DNA from: an uncultured Chitinophagales bacterium
Lineage (GTDB): Bacteria; Bacteroidota; Bacteroidia; Chitinophagales; BACL12
NCBI GenBank assembly: GCA_964492065.1
Contig: CAZBHH010000001.1
Span: 80,819-144,818, forward strand
DNA length: 64,000 nt
Direction of reading: 5' to 3'
The number at the start of each line of letters is the position of its first letter. Positions within the stretch are counted from its first letter, which is position 1. Positions 1-9,379 of this stretch are shown one piece after another. Under the pieces are notes generated by a model. It was not told the origin of the DNA, did not search any database, and saw nothing but the letters and a program-made list of their open reading frames with translations. The translations under genes and the position numbers were made by a program.

Positions 1-1
1 T

Positions 2-115
2 GCCGTTCACTGGAATGTGGTGTATAAAATTACCGGAGCCTGGGTTTTTACCATCCCGGCTACATCTATTGTCAGCGGTTTGTTGTATTGGATTATCAGC
101 TATTTTATTTACTGA
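2..115 (+). CDS. 3' end of a gene entering from the left edge; the tail resembles PiT-family inorganic phosphate transporters (partial)
   Basis: Frame 2 is open from the window edge to TGA at 113-115 (AVHWNVVYKITGAWVFTIPATSIVSGLLYWIISYFIY*). The hydrophobic C-terminal helix has the AW-x-x-T-x-P pattern seen in PiT C-termini. It is absent from the ORF track because it has no start. Confidence 0.4.
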   Translation, partial: AVHWNVVYKITGAWVFTIPATSIVSGLLYWIISYFIY

Positions 116-899
116 GAAATATTCCCTGCAATGCCCGCTTCAGAAGGTGAGGGTTGCATGCGATGATATTACTTTCAGCGTATTCCTCCTCCCCTTTTAA
201 GTTGGTAACAGCACCTCCCGCATTTTTAACGATCAATATGCCGGCGGCAATGTCCCAGAGTTGGAGATAACCCTCGTAATAAATGTCCAGGCGCCCACAG
301 GCGACATAGCATAAATCCGTAGCTGCCGAACCAAAGCGGCGGATATCCTGGCAGTGCTCCAGGAAATAGGCAATTGACCTGGCAATTCCCGGAATTCTTT
401 TTGTCCTGGTATAGGGGAAGCCGGTAGCGACCAGCGCCCTGGAGAAATCCCGCTGCTTCGATACCCGGATTACCTCTCCGTTGCAATACGAAGGCGCCCC
501 TTTCCATGTGTAAAACATCTCCCCCATTGAAATTTCATATACCATCCCGATTAAAATGGTATCGCCCTGCATCAGTGCAACGCTGACAGCGCAAATGGGT
601 ATGCCAAATACGAAGTTGGTGGTTCCATCCAGCGGATCTATCACCCAGTTGTAATTAAAGCGTGTTTGGTCGGTGGTTTTTTCCTCGGTGATAAACCCCG
701 CTTCGGGCAAAATTTTTTTTAAACTCTTCACGAGACGCATTTCCGCTTGCTTGTCGATTTCGGTTACCATATCACGCACCCCTTTCAACTCAATTTGATT
801 TTGCTGTAAATGCCTGCGGGATTTTGCTATAAAATTGCCGGTGCGCTTCAATACCGGAATTGCCCGCATACAGATTTGTTGTAATTCGCTCTTGCGCAT
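105..899 (-). CDS. inositol monophosphatase family protein (SuhB/IMPase-like)
   Basis: 264 aa with WVIDPLDGTTNF, ATGFPY and GSAATDLCYVACGRLDIYYE, the classic IMPase metal-binding signatures. Confidence 0.85.
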   Translation of the reverse strand: MRKSELQQICMRAIPVLKRTGNFIAKSRRHLQQNQIELKGVRDMVTEIDKQAEMRLVKSLKKILPEAGFITEEKTTDQTRFNYNWVIDPLDGTTNFVFGIPICAVSVALMQGDTILIGMVYEISMGEMFYTWKGAPSYCNGEVIRVSKQRDFSRALVATGFPYTRTKRIPGIARSIAYFLEHCQDIRRFGSAATDLCYVACGRLDIYYEGYLQLWDIAAGILIVKNAGGAVTNLKGEEEYAESNIIACNPHLLKRALQGIFLSK

Positions 900-900
900 T

Positions 901-2586
901 TTATAATTTGTTAACCCTGAATTTAAATTTTTGAGTGCGCCCGCTTACGAAACTCAGCAGAAAGAGAAATACGGCAACCCAAATGGCGGTACGGCCGATG
1001 TAATCGCCGTTGCGATCGTAAAACGTTTTGACGGTATTTGCATATATCGTCTGTGAAATCACCGCATCCGTTTCCCATTCCGTCGGCTGCGAAATGTCGC
1101 CCCGCTGATTTATAAAACAGGAAATGCCCGTATTGGCGGATCGTGCAATGGATTTCCTGTTCTCAATAGCACGCAGTTTGGCGTACAGGCAGTGCTGTTT
1201 ATAGCCCGCAGTATTTCCCCACCAGCCGTCATTGGTGATTACGAATATCAGGTTTGCGCCGTTGTTGACAAAGCGGCTCATATATTCGCCGAACACACTT
1301 TCATAGCAAATGGCGGTAGCTACGCCGATGGAGTCCTTGTTAAAGAAGACTTCACGTTCCTTTTGGGTTCCAAGCGTTCCGGATATTCCGCCTAAATCCA
1401 TAACGAAATATTCCAGGAAATGCAGGGCGCCGGGATAGGGCATACGCTCTACTCCCGGTACGAGTTTGGATTTATGGTACACTTCCATCCGGGAGCTCGT
1501 ATCAATTTGCAATGCCGTATTGTAGGCATCCACCCAAATGGTATCCCGATATTTTTCGTTTATCAGTTCGCGGGATGTAGCCGTTGCTTCTGATTGTGTC
1601 GTGTATTTTTCAAACCCGTTAATGCCGATTATTGTGGTGAGATTGGGAAAACTGTCGGTGAATGTGCGCAGTATCCGCACCGGCCGGGAACGCTGCAATT
1701 CATCGACATAAATGGGATGCGGGATGGCAGTTTCGGGCCAGACCAGGTAATCGGTCGAATCAGTAACAGCGGCAGATGACAGTTGAATCATTTTTTGCAA
1801 TTGCACATCATAAGACAGCGAAAATTTTTCGGTGTAGGGATTCAGATTGGGTTGCAGCACCGTAACATTTACCGGCCACCCGGTGTCCGTTTGGCGCTTA
1901 TACATCCATTTAGAAATACTTATCGGCACAATGATAATCAACAAGACCAATCCAACAGGCAGGTAGGTGTTTTTAAAATTGTAGGATTTGACACCTTGTT
2001 TTTCAAACGCTATTTTGCGCAGTTGAGCATAGATGATCAAATTAGTAACCAACACCCATAAAGTACCGCCGAAAGCCCCTGTAAATTCATACCATTGAAT
2101 CCAGGTATGCCTGAGGGCAAATACATTACCCAGTGACAACCAGGGCCAGGTCAACTCCCAGCGCAAGTGCACATATTCAAATACCATCCAATAGGCGGCA
2201 AAGGCAATTAACCCCAGGTGCCTTCCCAATTGTTTTTTCGTATAGAAATACCCCAGGAATGGCAGCGTCATTAGAGCGGCATTGGCCAAATTGGCAAAAA
2301 CACCTGCAATTAAACTCCCCACTTCATGATTGCCGCTGTAGGTGTTTGCCACCCACCAGGTAGTAAATCCATTCCATGCCAACAGCCCGGTAAACATGGC
2401 CAGCCAAGACTTGAGGATCTGTTTTTTCGATGCAGTTTGCGTGATGCGTTCTTCGGCGAACAATAAGGGCACAAACCCGACAAATACCAACACGGTACCC
2501 GAAAGCGGAGGCCACGCCAGCCAAAGCAGCAAAGCGCTGAGCAAGGGTAGAACAATAAAAGCCGTTAATACAGGTCGTCTTCTCAT
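901..2586 (-). CDS. lnt: apolipoprotein N-acyltransferase
   Basis: 561 aa with a polytopic N-terminal membrane domain plus a CN-hydrolase domain containing the ICYESVFGE catalytic Cys region. Confidence 0.85.
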   Translation of the reverse strand: MRRRPVLTAFIVLPLLSALLLWLAWPPLSGTVLVFVGFVPLLFAEERITQTASKKQILKSWLAMFTGLLAWNGFTTWWVANTYSGNHEVGSLIAGVFANLANAALMTLPFLGYFYTKKQLGRHLGLIAFAAYWMVFEYVHLRWELTWPWLSLGNVFALRHTWIQWYEFTGAFGGTLWVLVTNLIIYAQLRKIAFEKQGVKSYNFKNTYLPVGLVLLIIIVPISISKWMYKRQTDTGWPVNVTVLQPNLNPYTEKFSLSYDVQLQKMIQLSSAAVTDSTDYLVWPETAIPHPIYVDELQRSRPVRILRTFTDSFPNLTTIIGINGFEKYTTQSEATATSRELINEKYRDTIWVDAYNTALQIDTSSRMEVYHKSKLVPGVERMPYPGALHFLEYFVMDLGGISGTLGTQKEREVFFNKDSIGVATAICYESVFGEYMSRFVNNGANLIFVITNDGWWGNTAGYKQHCLYAKLRAIENRKSIARSANTGISCFINQRGDISQPTEWETDAVISQTIYANTVKTFYDRNGDYIGRTAIWVAVFLFLLSFVSGRTQKFKFRVNKL

Positions 2587-2707
2587 AAACCCGGTGAAGT
2601 TATAAACTTTCTGCGGCGCAAGTAATTGTGATAAAAACAGGGTTATCGGTATAAATTATCATTTGCAAGGCCATATAAATGGCGCTTGCTGTTAAATTTG
2701 CCCTGTC

Positions 2708-3688
2708 ATGATTAAAATCGGTGTACTAGGAGCCGGGCATCTGGGCAAAATTCATATTAAACTGTTAAAAGAAATACCCGCTTTCGAACTGGTGGGGTTT
2801 TACGACTCCGATAGAGAAGTCGCCAAAAAGGTCTCTGAAAGCCTCGGCGTACCTTATTTTGAAGATATGTTGGGCATGATAGAGGCGGTAGATGCGGTTG
2901 ACATTGTCACACCCACTTTATCCCATTTTGAATGTGCACGCACCGCCTTAAAACGGACAAAGCATATTTTTATCGAGAAACCCCTTGCCAATACGGTAGC
3001 AGAGGCAAAAGCGATGATGGCGCTGGTAAAGGAGGCAAACGTCAAGGCGCAGGTAGGTCATGTGGAGCGGTTTAACCCTGCATTTCTCGCATTAAAAGAC
3101 ATGCAGATACATCCGATGTTTATCGAAGCGCACCGACTGGCGAATTTCAACCCCAGAGGAACCGACGTTTCGGTAGTCCTCGACCTGATGATCCACGATA
3201 TAGACCTGGTATTGAGCATGGTAAAATCTACCGTACGGCGCATTCATGCCAGCGGCGTCGCCGTTATCAGCAATAGCCCGGATATAGCCAATGCCCGCAT
3301 TGAATTTGACAACGGTTGTGTGGCCAATCTTACGGCGAGCCGAATTTCGATGAAAGTGATGCGCAAAATGCGCATATTTCAAAGAGATGCTTACATCACC
3401 TTTGATTTTGCCGATAAAAAAGCGGAAGTATTCTCTCTGTCCGATGCAAAAGCAGGTGATGATGCGTTAACAATAGAAGTGAATACCGGTGAAAAGTTTG
3501 AAAAAAAGTCAATCAGGCTGCATCAACCCGAAGTACAGGCAGTAAACTCTATAAAACTGGAACTCGAAACCTTTGCCCATGCCATTGCCCGGGACACCGA
3601 GCCCGAGGTGACTATCGACGATGGATATTATGCACTGCATGTTGCCCATCTCATTTTACAAAAGATAGATAAAAACAGTATTCATTGA
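2708..3688 (+). CDS. Gfo/Idh/MocA family NAD(P)-dependent oxidoreductase
   Basis: N-terminal Rossmann motif IGVLGAGHLGKIH. Conserved EKP (FIEKPLA) and a C-terminal dimerisation-type domain. Confidence 0.75.
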   Translation: MIKIGVLGAGHLGKIHIKLLKEIPAFELVGFYDSDREVAKKVSESLGVPYFEDMLGMIEAVDAVDIVTPTLSHFECARTALKRTKHIFIEKPLANTVAEAKAMMALVKEANVKAQVGHVERFNPAFLALKDMQIHPMFIEAHRLANFNPRGTDVSVVLDLMIHDIDLVLSMVKSTVRRIHASGVAVISNSPDIANARIEFDNGCVANLTASRISMKVMRKMRIFQRDAYITFDFADKKAEVFSLSDAKAGDDALTIEVNTGEKFEKKSIRLHQPEVQAVNSIKLELETFAHAIARDTEPEVTIDDGYYALHVAHLILQKIDKNSIH

Positions 3689-4554
3689 AAAGGCAATTAC
3701 ATCTTTTTACAGCGGGGGTAATGTTACTGCTCGCAGCGGGAGTTAACCCGGGGTGTAAACTCCTGGGCGGAGAAAAACTGGAGCCTGCATTTATTTACAT
3801 AGATACTTTTAGCCTGAGCTCTGACCCGACTACCCAAGGGTATCCGTCCGAAAACATCACCGATGCATGGGTGTATCTGGATGGAATTCAGTTGGGCGTT
3901 TTCAGGATACCCACAACCGTACCGGTATTGGACACGGGGTTACATACCATTGCAATTTTTCCGGGTATTAAGGAAAACGGGATTTCGGGAACCGGCGCTA
4001 TCTACCCGTTTTATTCGGGGTATTCTTATTCCACCGAATTAATTCCGTACAATACCGACACGGTACATCCGGCAACCACCTATTATTCGGACCTGGAATT
4101 TATTTTACTCGAGCGATTCGAAACGGGTAATGTGTTCTCCGAATTAACGGATAGCGATACGAACCTGCTCGTTACGACAGACAGCTCATTGGTGTTTGAA
4201 GGCCTGCGCTGCGGATATGCCGTTTTGGAAAATACGGCTTCCACGCTGCGCATCGGAACGCCCCCGATGTTATTCCCTCCCGTCGGCCAATTGTTATACC
4301 TGGAGTTGGATTACCGCAATAATATGGAGATTGAAGTGTGGGTAACGGGCAATTATTCGGGAGGCGTTCCCGTCGGCAGTTATGTGATTACACTTTCTGC
4401 CAAGGAAAACTGGAATAAAGTGTATATCAATCTCGCCGACCAGGTAAACCTCCTGCAGGCAGAGACCTATAACCTGGAAATCAGGGCAAAGAAGCCCGAG
4501 TCGCTAACCCGCGGTGAAATATACATTGACAATGTAAAACTGGTTGCATTTTAA
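3685..4554 (+). CDS. hypothetical exported protein or lipoprotein
   Basis: 289 aa. The TTG start overlaps the upstream stop (TTGA). The N-terminal hydrophobic segment ends in NPGC (lipobox-like). No recognisable catalytic motif. Confidence 0.5.
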   Translation: MKRQLHLFTAGVMLLLAAGVNPGCKLLGGEKLEPAFIYIDTFSLSSDPTTQGYPSENITDAWVYLDGIQLGVFRIPTTVPVLDTGLHTIAIFPGIKENGISGTGAIYPFYSGYSYSTELIPYNTDTVHPATTYYSDLEFILLERFETGNVFSELTDSDTNLLVTTDSSLVFEGLRCGYAVLENTASTLRIGTPPMLFPPVGQLLYLELDYRNNMEIEVWVTGNYSGGVPVGSYVITLSAKENWNKVYINLADQVNLLQAETYNLEIRAKKPESLTRGEIYIDNVKLVAF

Positions 4555-4560
4555 CAAGGC

Positions 4561-5985
4561 ATGCGGATTAGAAAAAAGATAGGTATCATCACGTATATCG
4601 TTTTCGATTACCTGATGGCGTGTCTCGTGTGGACAGGCCTGTTTCTATATCGCAAATTTATAATCGAAGACTATCCGTTCAATATCAGTTTACATGTTTT
4701 AAACGATTCAAAGTTTTATATCGGCGCCTTCGGTATCCCGCTCATCTGGGTACTCGTTTACTTTATTTCCGGATTCTATACGGACATATATCGCAAGTCG
4801 AGATTGGCTGAAATCTATAAGACGTTTATCGTTACATTCCTTGGCGTATTGATTATCTTCTTCCTGTTCCTGCTGGATGACTATATCCGGGATTACCGCG
4901 ACTACTATCCGACATTTTTTTTATTGCTGTTAGGTCAGTTTTTGCTAACCGCCACTGCCAGGATGGTGATTCTCACCATAGCAAAGGGGCAATTGCAAAA
5001 AGGGATTATCGCCTACAATACCATTATCATCGGCGGCAACCAGCGTGCGGTAAATTTGTATAAGGAAATCACCCGATATAAAAAATCATTGGGATATCAC
5101 TTCCTTGGATTTATCGACCTGAACGGTGAAAAGGATTCCGAATTGACGCAGTATATTCCCAAACTCGGCAAGGCAGAACAACTGGAGACAATTCTGAATG
5201 AGCGCAATGTGGATGAAGTAATCATCGCCATTGAAAGTTACGATCACCACCAGCTGCACCATATCATGAACATAGTATCCTCCAAAAATGATGTCGTGGT
5301 AAAGATAATTCCCGACATGTACGATATCATGGCAGGTTCGGTAAAGATGAGCAATGTACTGGGTGCGGTATTGATTGAAATTTACCCGGATTTAATGCCC
5401 GGCTGGCAGCGCATTATAAAAAGGGGAATGGATATTACAGCGTCGTGTATCGTCTTGTTGCTATTGTGGCCATTGTATATTTTTATTGCCGTTAAAGTAC
5501 GGCTTTCTTCGGAAGGACCGATCATTTATTCCCAGGAAAGAATCGGCAAGAACGGAAAGGCATTTCACATATACAAATTCAGGAGCATGTATATCGGTGC
5601 AGAGGAAAAAGGCCCTGCATTGTCCAGCGAAAATGATGAGCGCATTACTCCCTGGGGCCGCATAATGCGCAAATGGCGTTTCGATGAATTGCCCCAGTTT
5701 TACAATATTTTAAAAGGAGAAATGAGCCTGGTCGGCCCGCGGCCCGAACGGAAATACTACATAGATCAGATTATTACCATAGCGCCTGAATATAAACACC
5801 TTCAAAAAGTAAAACCGGGATTAACGTCCTGGGGTATGGTTAAATTCGGTTATGCCAGCAACCTGGAGCAGATGACGGAACGGCTGAAATACGACCTGCT
5901 GTATATCGAAAATATGAGCCTTGCGCTGGATTTTAAGATCATGATCTTCACTGTGCTGATCATCTTCCAGGGTAAGGGAAAATGA
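4561..5985 (+). CDS. polyprenyl-phosphate sugar phosphotransferase (WbaP/bacterial sugar transferase family)
   Basis: 474 aa with N-terminal TM helices and a C-terminal KFRSM...DELPQFYNILKGEMSLVGPRP signature of the bacterial sugar transferase family. Confidence 0.85.
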   Translation: MRIRKKIGIITYIVFDYLMACLVWTGLFLYRKFIIEDYPFNISLHVLNDSKFYIGAFGIPLIWVLVYFISGFYTDIYRKSRLAEIYKTFIVTFLGVLIIFFLFLLDDYIRDYRDYYPTFFLLLLGQFLLTATARMVILTIAKGQLQKGIIAYNTIIIGGNQRAVNLYKEITRYKKSLGYHFLGFIDLNGEKDSELTQYIPKLGKAEQLETILNERNVDEVIIAIESYDHHQLHHIMNIVSSKNDVVVKIIPDMYDIMAGSVKMSNVLGAVLIEIYPDLMPGWQRIIKRGMDITASCIVLLLLWPLYIFIAVKVRLSSEGPIIYSQERIGKNGKAFHIYKFRSMYIGAEEKGPALSSENDERITPWGRIMRKWRFDELPQFYNILKGEMSLVGPRPERKYYIDQIITIAPEYKHLQKVKPGLTSWGMVKFGYASNLEQMTERLKYDLLYIENMSLALDFKIMIFTVLIIFQGKGK

Positions 5986-5988
5986 TGG

Positions 5989-7077
5989 TTAAAACCCGAC
6001 GAGCAATTGCATATTCAATGAATTTGCATGGCCGGTAATTTTGACACCGCTTGCAAAATTATACTCCAGTTGCATCCTCGTGCTCTTTGTAATATACCAG
6101 CTTCCCGCAAGTATATAACTGCGAATACCGCTGCCGTCCTTTGGATAATCTTCGTCAAAATTATCGAGGCGGGCTACTACCTGTAACCTGTCTGATATCA
6201 GCATATATCCACAGGTGATATACCAACCGGCCCGTTCACTCCGGCCAATGCTGTCGCCGGTATCCAGCCCGTATAAAAATTCGGCCTCCAACAAATATCT
6301 CTCATTTTCAAAGGAGATATCGCCGCCGTATCTCTTACGCTCCACAGGCAAACCGGGAAATGCTTTTACTTCACCGGTACCCGAAAAATACCGCCCGCTC
6401 ATCCATACATTTTTCACCGGCGAAACCCGGAGTGTAAGGGCTACATCTTTTTGCTTATTGTTGTCGCTTACCGCAAGGCCTGCGCCATTATAAATCCCGG
6501 CGATATATTCTAACAGCGGCCGATTGCCTGGTAAATGATAAGTACCTGTAACCCACAATCCCAAATCCCGGCCATACTGATTGCCGTACATGTCGGATGC
6601 TCTCGTCGCCAAATGCTCATCTAAATACGCACGGCTGATGGTGGGCAGCGTGTATGGGTTATAAAAATTATCATAGCAGTACGGCACCTTCGACATGCCG
6701 AAGTGTAAACTTAACAGCGGGGCAACCGCATATGTTACCTCCGCATTTAAAATCCGCATCGCATTTATTAAATCCATTTGCAGGCGATAGGAGAAGCCGT
6801 CGAAAATATTGCCTGTGAAGTCGAGCCTGAGCCTGCGCAAATAAAAAGCCGATGGAATCACGGCGGTATCATTCCAGGAATAACCGCCCTGTATCAAGCC
6901 CTTCAGCTGCAAGTGATTTCCCAATTGTAAATAACTGTTTGCGGAAGAATCACCCGCAACATAAGTAACGGTCAAAGCAGTGGAATCCCGCTGTGCATCA
7001 GCATGGTTTCCCGCACTGAGCATAACAATAACGAGTAGTATTACCGCATTCAAAATTGCGCAACGGGTATTGTGCAT
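5989..7077 (-). CDS. outer-membrane beta-barrel porin (PorinO/P-like)
   Basis: 362 aa with a signal peptide, alternating beta-strand pattern and a C-terminal aromatic residue (..LLVGF). Sits 3 nt downstream of the SLC13 permease on the same strand. Confidence 0.5.
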   Translation of the reverse strand: MHNTRCAILNAVILLVIVMLSAGNHADAQRDSTALTVTYVAGDSSANSYLQLGNHLQLKGLIQGGYSWNDTAVIPSAFYLRRLRLDFTGNIFDGFSYRLQMDLINAMRILNAEVTYAVAPLLSLHFGMSKVPYCYDNFYNPYTLPTISRAYLDEHLATRASDMYGNQYGRDLGLWVTGTYHLPGNRPLLEYIAGIYNGAGLAVSDNNKQKDVALTLRVSPVKNVWMSGRYFSGTGEVKAFPGLPVERKRYGGDISFENERYLLEAEFLYGLDTGDSIGRSERAGWYITCGYMLISDRLQVVARLDNFDEDYPKDGSGIRSYILAGSWYITKSTRMQLEYNFASGVKITGHANSLNMQLLVGF

Positions 7078-7080
7078 AAT

Positions 7081-8835
7081 TTATAAAGGCCAAAGCATCA
7101 AGGTTCCAAAATAAATACAAACCATCAAAATTAATGTAAGCAATCCACCCGTTTTCAGGTAATCTGCAAATTTGTATTTACCCGGCCCATACACTAAAAT
7201 ACAGGAAGGCTCAAAGGGAGTAATAAGCGATACTGAGGCCGACAACATAACGGCTACTGCAAAGGTCAGCGGATTTAATTGCTGAATTGTGGCGGCGCTC
7301 AGGGCAACCGGCAAAACCACCAAGGCAGCGGCCGCATTACTCATGGGTTGCGTCAGTAAAACCGTGAGAATCATAAAACCGGCAACAATGCCTTCGCCGC
7401 CAAGCGGCCCCGCTAAATCCACTACAATGCCGGCGAGAAATTTGTCGGCGCCGCTATTGATCATCGCCGTTCCAAATGCCGACATACCACCTATTAATAC
7501 CAATAATTTCCATTCGATACTTTTATAAATATCTTCAGGTTGAATGGCCTTAATCAGAACGCCAATGACGGCAGCAGCGAGAAACGCAATACTTACAGGC
7601 AATAAATCCAACGAGCTGCATATTACGGCCAGTATAAAAATGCCGAGCATAATATACCCCCGGCGGGTATTGCTGCTTTTCGATTCGTGGTCGGCCAGTA
7701 TCACCAGGTCGCTGTGCGTTTCGGGATTCCGCAATCTCTTTTCATCTATTTGTACCAACAACATATCGCCTACTTCGAGAATTGTGTTTTCCGGTGTGTC
7801 AATAATATTCTTACCCTGCCGGTGAATTGCCAGGATGGTCATTCCGTAATTTCTCCGCAAGTCGGCCTCGCTTAAGGATTGGCCTGCCAGGCCGGATCGT
7901 CCCGGAATTACCACTTCCTGTAGATGCACTGATTTGTCCAGGGTATTAAAATCCGGTATATCGGCCTTCACATCCACGCCGGAAATACTGCGTATATGGA
8001 GCAGTTGTTCTACCTTGCCCTTGAGCAGCAATACATCATCCACTTCGATGCGCACGTTTGGGCCGGGTACAAACTGCCTGTTGTTTCTCGTAATTGAGAG
8101 CACCTGGAAACCCAGCGAAGTCAACATGGAATTTGCAACTGTCTGATCTGCAATTACCGCATTGTCTCTGATTACAATTTCACATAAATATTCACGCAAA
8201 CCATATCCTGTGGTCAACACTTCGGGCTTGCGGTCGGGAAGTATGCGCACCGCAATTACACTTAGGTAAATTATGGTGATAACCACCATTACAACACCGA
8301 TGGCCGTGAAATCAAACATGCCCAAGGTAGGATAACCGTTCGTCGACAGGTAAGCATTCACCGCAACATTGGTAGAAGTGCCAATCAATGTGCAGGTACC
8401 TCCAACAATGGACGCATAGGCGAGCGGCATTAATACTTTTGAATTGCTGATTCCCATCCGGCGGGCAATGGTCATCGCCGGATTAATTATCATCGCCGTA
8501 ACGGACGTATTGTTCATGAAGGCGGAAAAAATACTGGTAATGGTTACCAGTGGAAATAAAAAGTGCTTAGGCACACCCTTGTTTTTTCTCATCAGCATCA
8601 TGGACCACGATTCCAGAATGCCGCTGCTGTCGATAGCGGTGGTAACCACAAAAATCGCCGCAAGCATAATGATGAAATCACTGCCAAAGGGTGTAAACGC
8701 CTCCTTTGGCGTAATTATTCCTGTAACAACAAGTAAAATTAACAGACTTGCACTTACGACATCCACCGGCACTTTTTCCGACACAAAGGCTATTACAGCC
8801 AGCACGAGCAGAATCAATACGACGGCTACCCCCAT
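7081..8835 (-). CDS. SLC13/DASS-type anion permease with two central TrkA-C (RCK_C) domains
   Basis: 584 aa. Two polytopic membrane halves flank a soluble ~170 aa segment (..VIRDNAVIADQTV..VLLLKG.. and ..VVIPGRSGLAGQSL..MLLVQ..) typical of TrkA-C pairs. Confidence 0.75.
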   Translation of the reverse strand: MGVAVVLILLVLAVIAFVSEKVPVDVVSASLLILLVVTGIITPKEAFTPFGSDFIIMLAAIFVVTTAIDSSGILESWSMMLMRKNKGVPKHFLFPLVTITSIFSAFMNNTSVTAMIINPAMTIARRMGISNSKVLMPLAYASIVGGTCTLIGTSTNVAVNAYLSTNGYPTLGMFDFTAIGVVMVVITIIYLSVIAVRILPDRKPEVLTTGYGLREYLCEIVIRDNAVIADQTVANSMLTSLGFQVLSITRNNRQFVPGPNVRIEVDDVLLLKGKVEQLLHIRSISGVDVKADIPDFNTLDKSVHLQEVVIPGRSGLAGQSLSEADLRRNYGMTILAIHRQGKNIIDTPENTILEVGDMLLVQIDEKRLRNPETHSDLVILADHESKSSNTRRGYIMLGIFILAVICSSLDLLPVSIAFLAAAVIGVLIKAIQPEDIYKSIEWKLLVLIGGMSAFGTAMINSGADKFLAGIVVDLAGPLGGEGIVAGFMILTVLLTQPMSNAAAALVVLPVALSAATIQQLNPLTFAVAVMLSASVSLITPFEPSCILVYGPGKYKFADYLKTGGLLTLILMVCIYFGTLMLWPL

Positions 8836-8851
8836 GTGTGCAAATTTTTAC

Positions 8852-8859
8852 CAAAAATA
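8852..8859 (-). promoter_or_regulatory. candidate Bacteroidota -7 box (TATTTTTG on the minus strand) for the SLC13-porin operon
   Basis: Plus-strand CAAAAATA is the reverse complement of TAttTTTG and matches TAnnTTTG. It lies 17-24 nt upstream of the ATG at 8835. No clean TTTG -33 element was found. Confidence 0.3.
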
Positions 8860-8869
8860 ATTCTTATCA

Positions 8870-8902
8870 CTTAATAATCTACTTATTTGATAGATTATTA
8901 AG
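8870..8902. promoter_or_regulatory. perfect 12-bp inverted repeat (CTTAATAATCTA-N9-TAGATTATTAAG); candidate operator
   Basis: Read directly from the sequence. It lies between the Rrf2 stop (8914) and the SLC13 start (8835). Neither strand has the hairpin-then-U-run order of an intrinsic terminator. Confidence 0.45.
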
Positions 8903-8913
8903 AAAAAAAATAA

Positions 8914-9348
8914 TCAGCGGCGGGTCACAATAAATCTCGCTTTCGACGCTTCGGCGAGCGATGTCGAATCGAGGATTACCGCTGTGGCATCACGCACTTG
9001 TTTCATGATGGAGCGGATATTACAAGTCCGCTCATTCACGCAATCTTCACAGGGCTTATAGGCAGTTTTAGAGACGCAACTGATTGGTGCCAGCGGCCCG
9101 TCGAGCACACGCACCACTTCGCCAATCATAATTTTTGAAGGTGCTTTTGCAAGGGTATAACCACCTCCCTTTCCCATTTTGCTAACGAGGATACCTTCCT
9201 TTTTCAATTCCAGTAATATGAGTTCGAGAAATTTCCTGGGAATATTTTCCTGTTCTGCGAGTTGTGCAATCAATACCGGCTGCCTGCCATATTCTTTAGC
9301 CAGGCGGAAAACAGCCATCAAACCGTATTTGGCCTTTTTCGATAACAT
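8914..9348 (-). CDS. Rrf2 family transcriptional regulator
   Basis: Starts at the internal ATG (MLSKKAKYGLMAV...), the canonical Rrf2 N-terminus. Has a wHTH and C-terminal Cys residues (CVSKTAYKPCEDCVNERTC). The longer track ORF would overlap priA. Confidence 0.8.
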   Translation of the reverse strand: MLSKKAKYGLMAVFRLAKEYGRQPVLIAQLAEQENIPRKFLELILLELKKEGILVSKMGKGGGYTLAKAPSKIMIGEVVRVLDGPLAPISCVSKTAYKPCEDCVNERTCNIRSIMKQVRDATAVILDSTSLAEASKARFIVTRR

Positions 9349-9379
9349 GAGACAAAGATTATAAAAATCGATGAACAGA

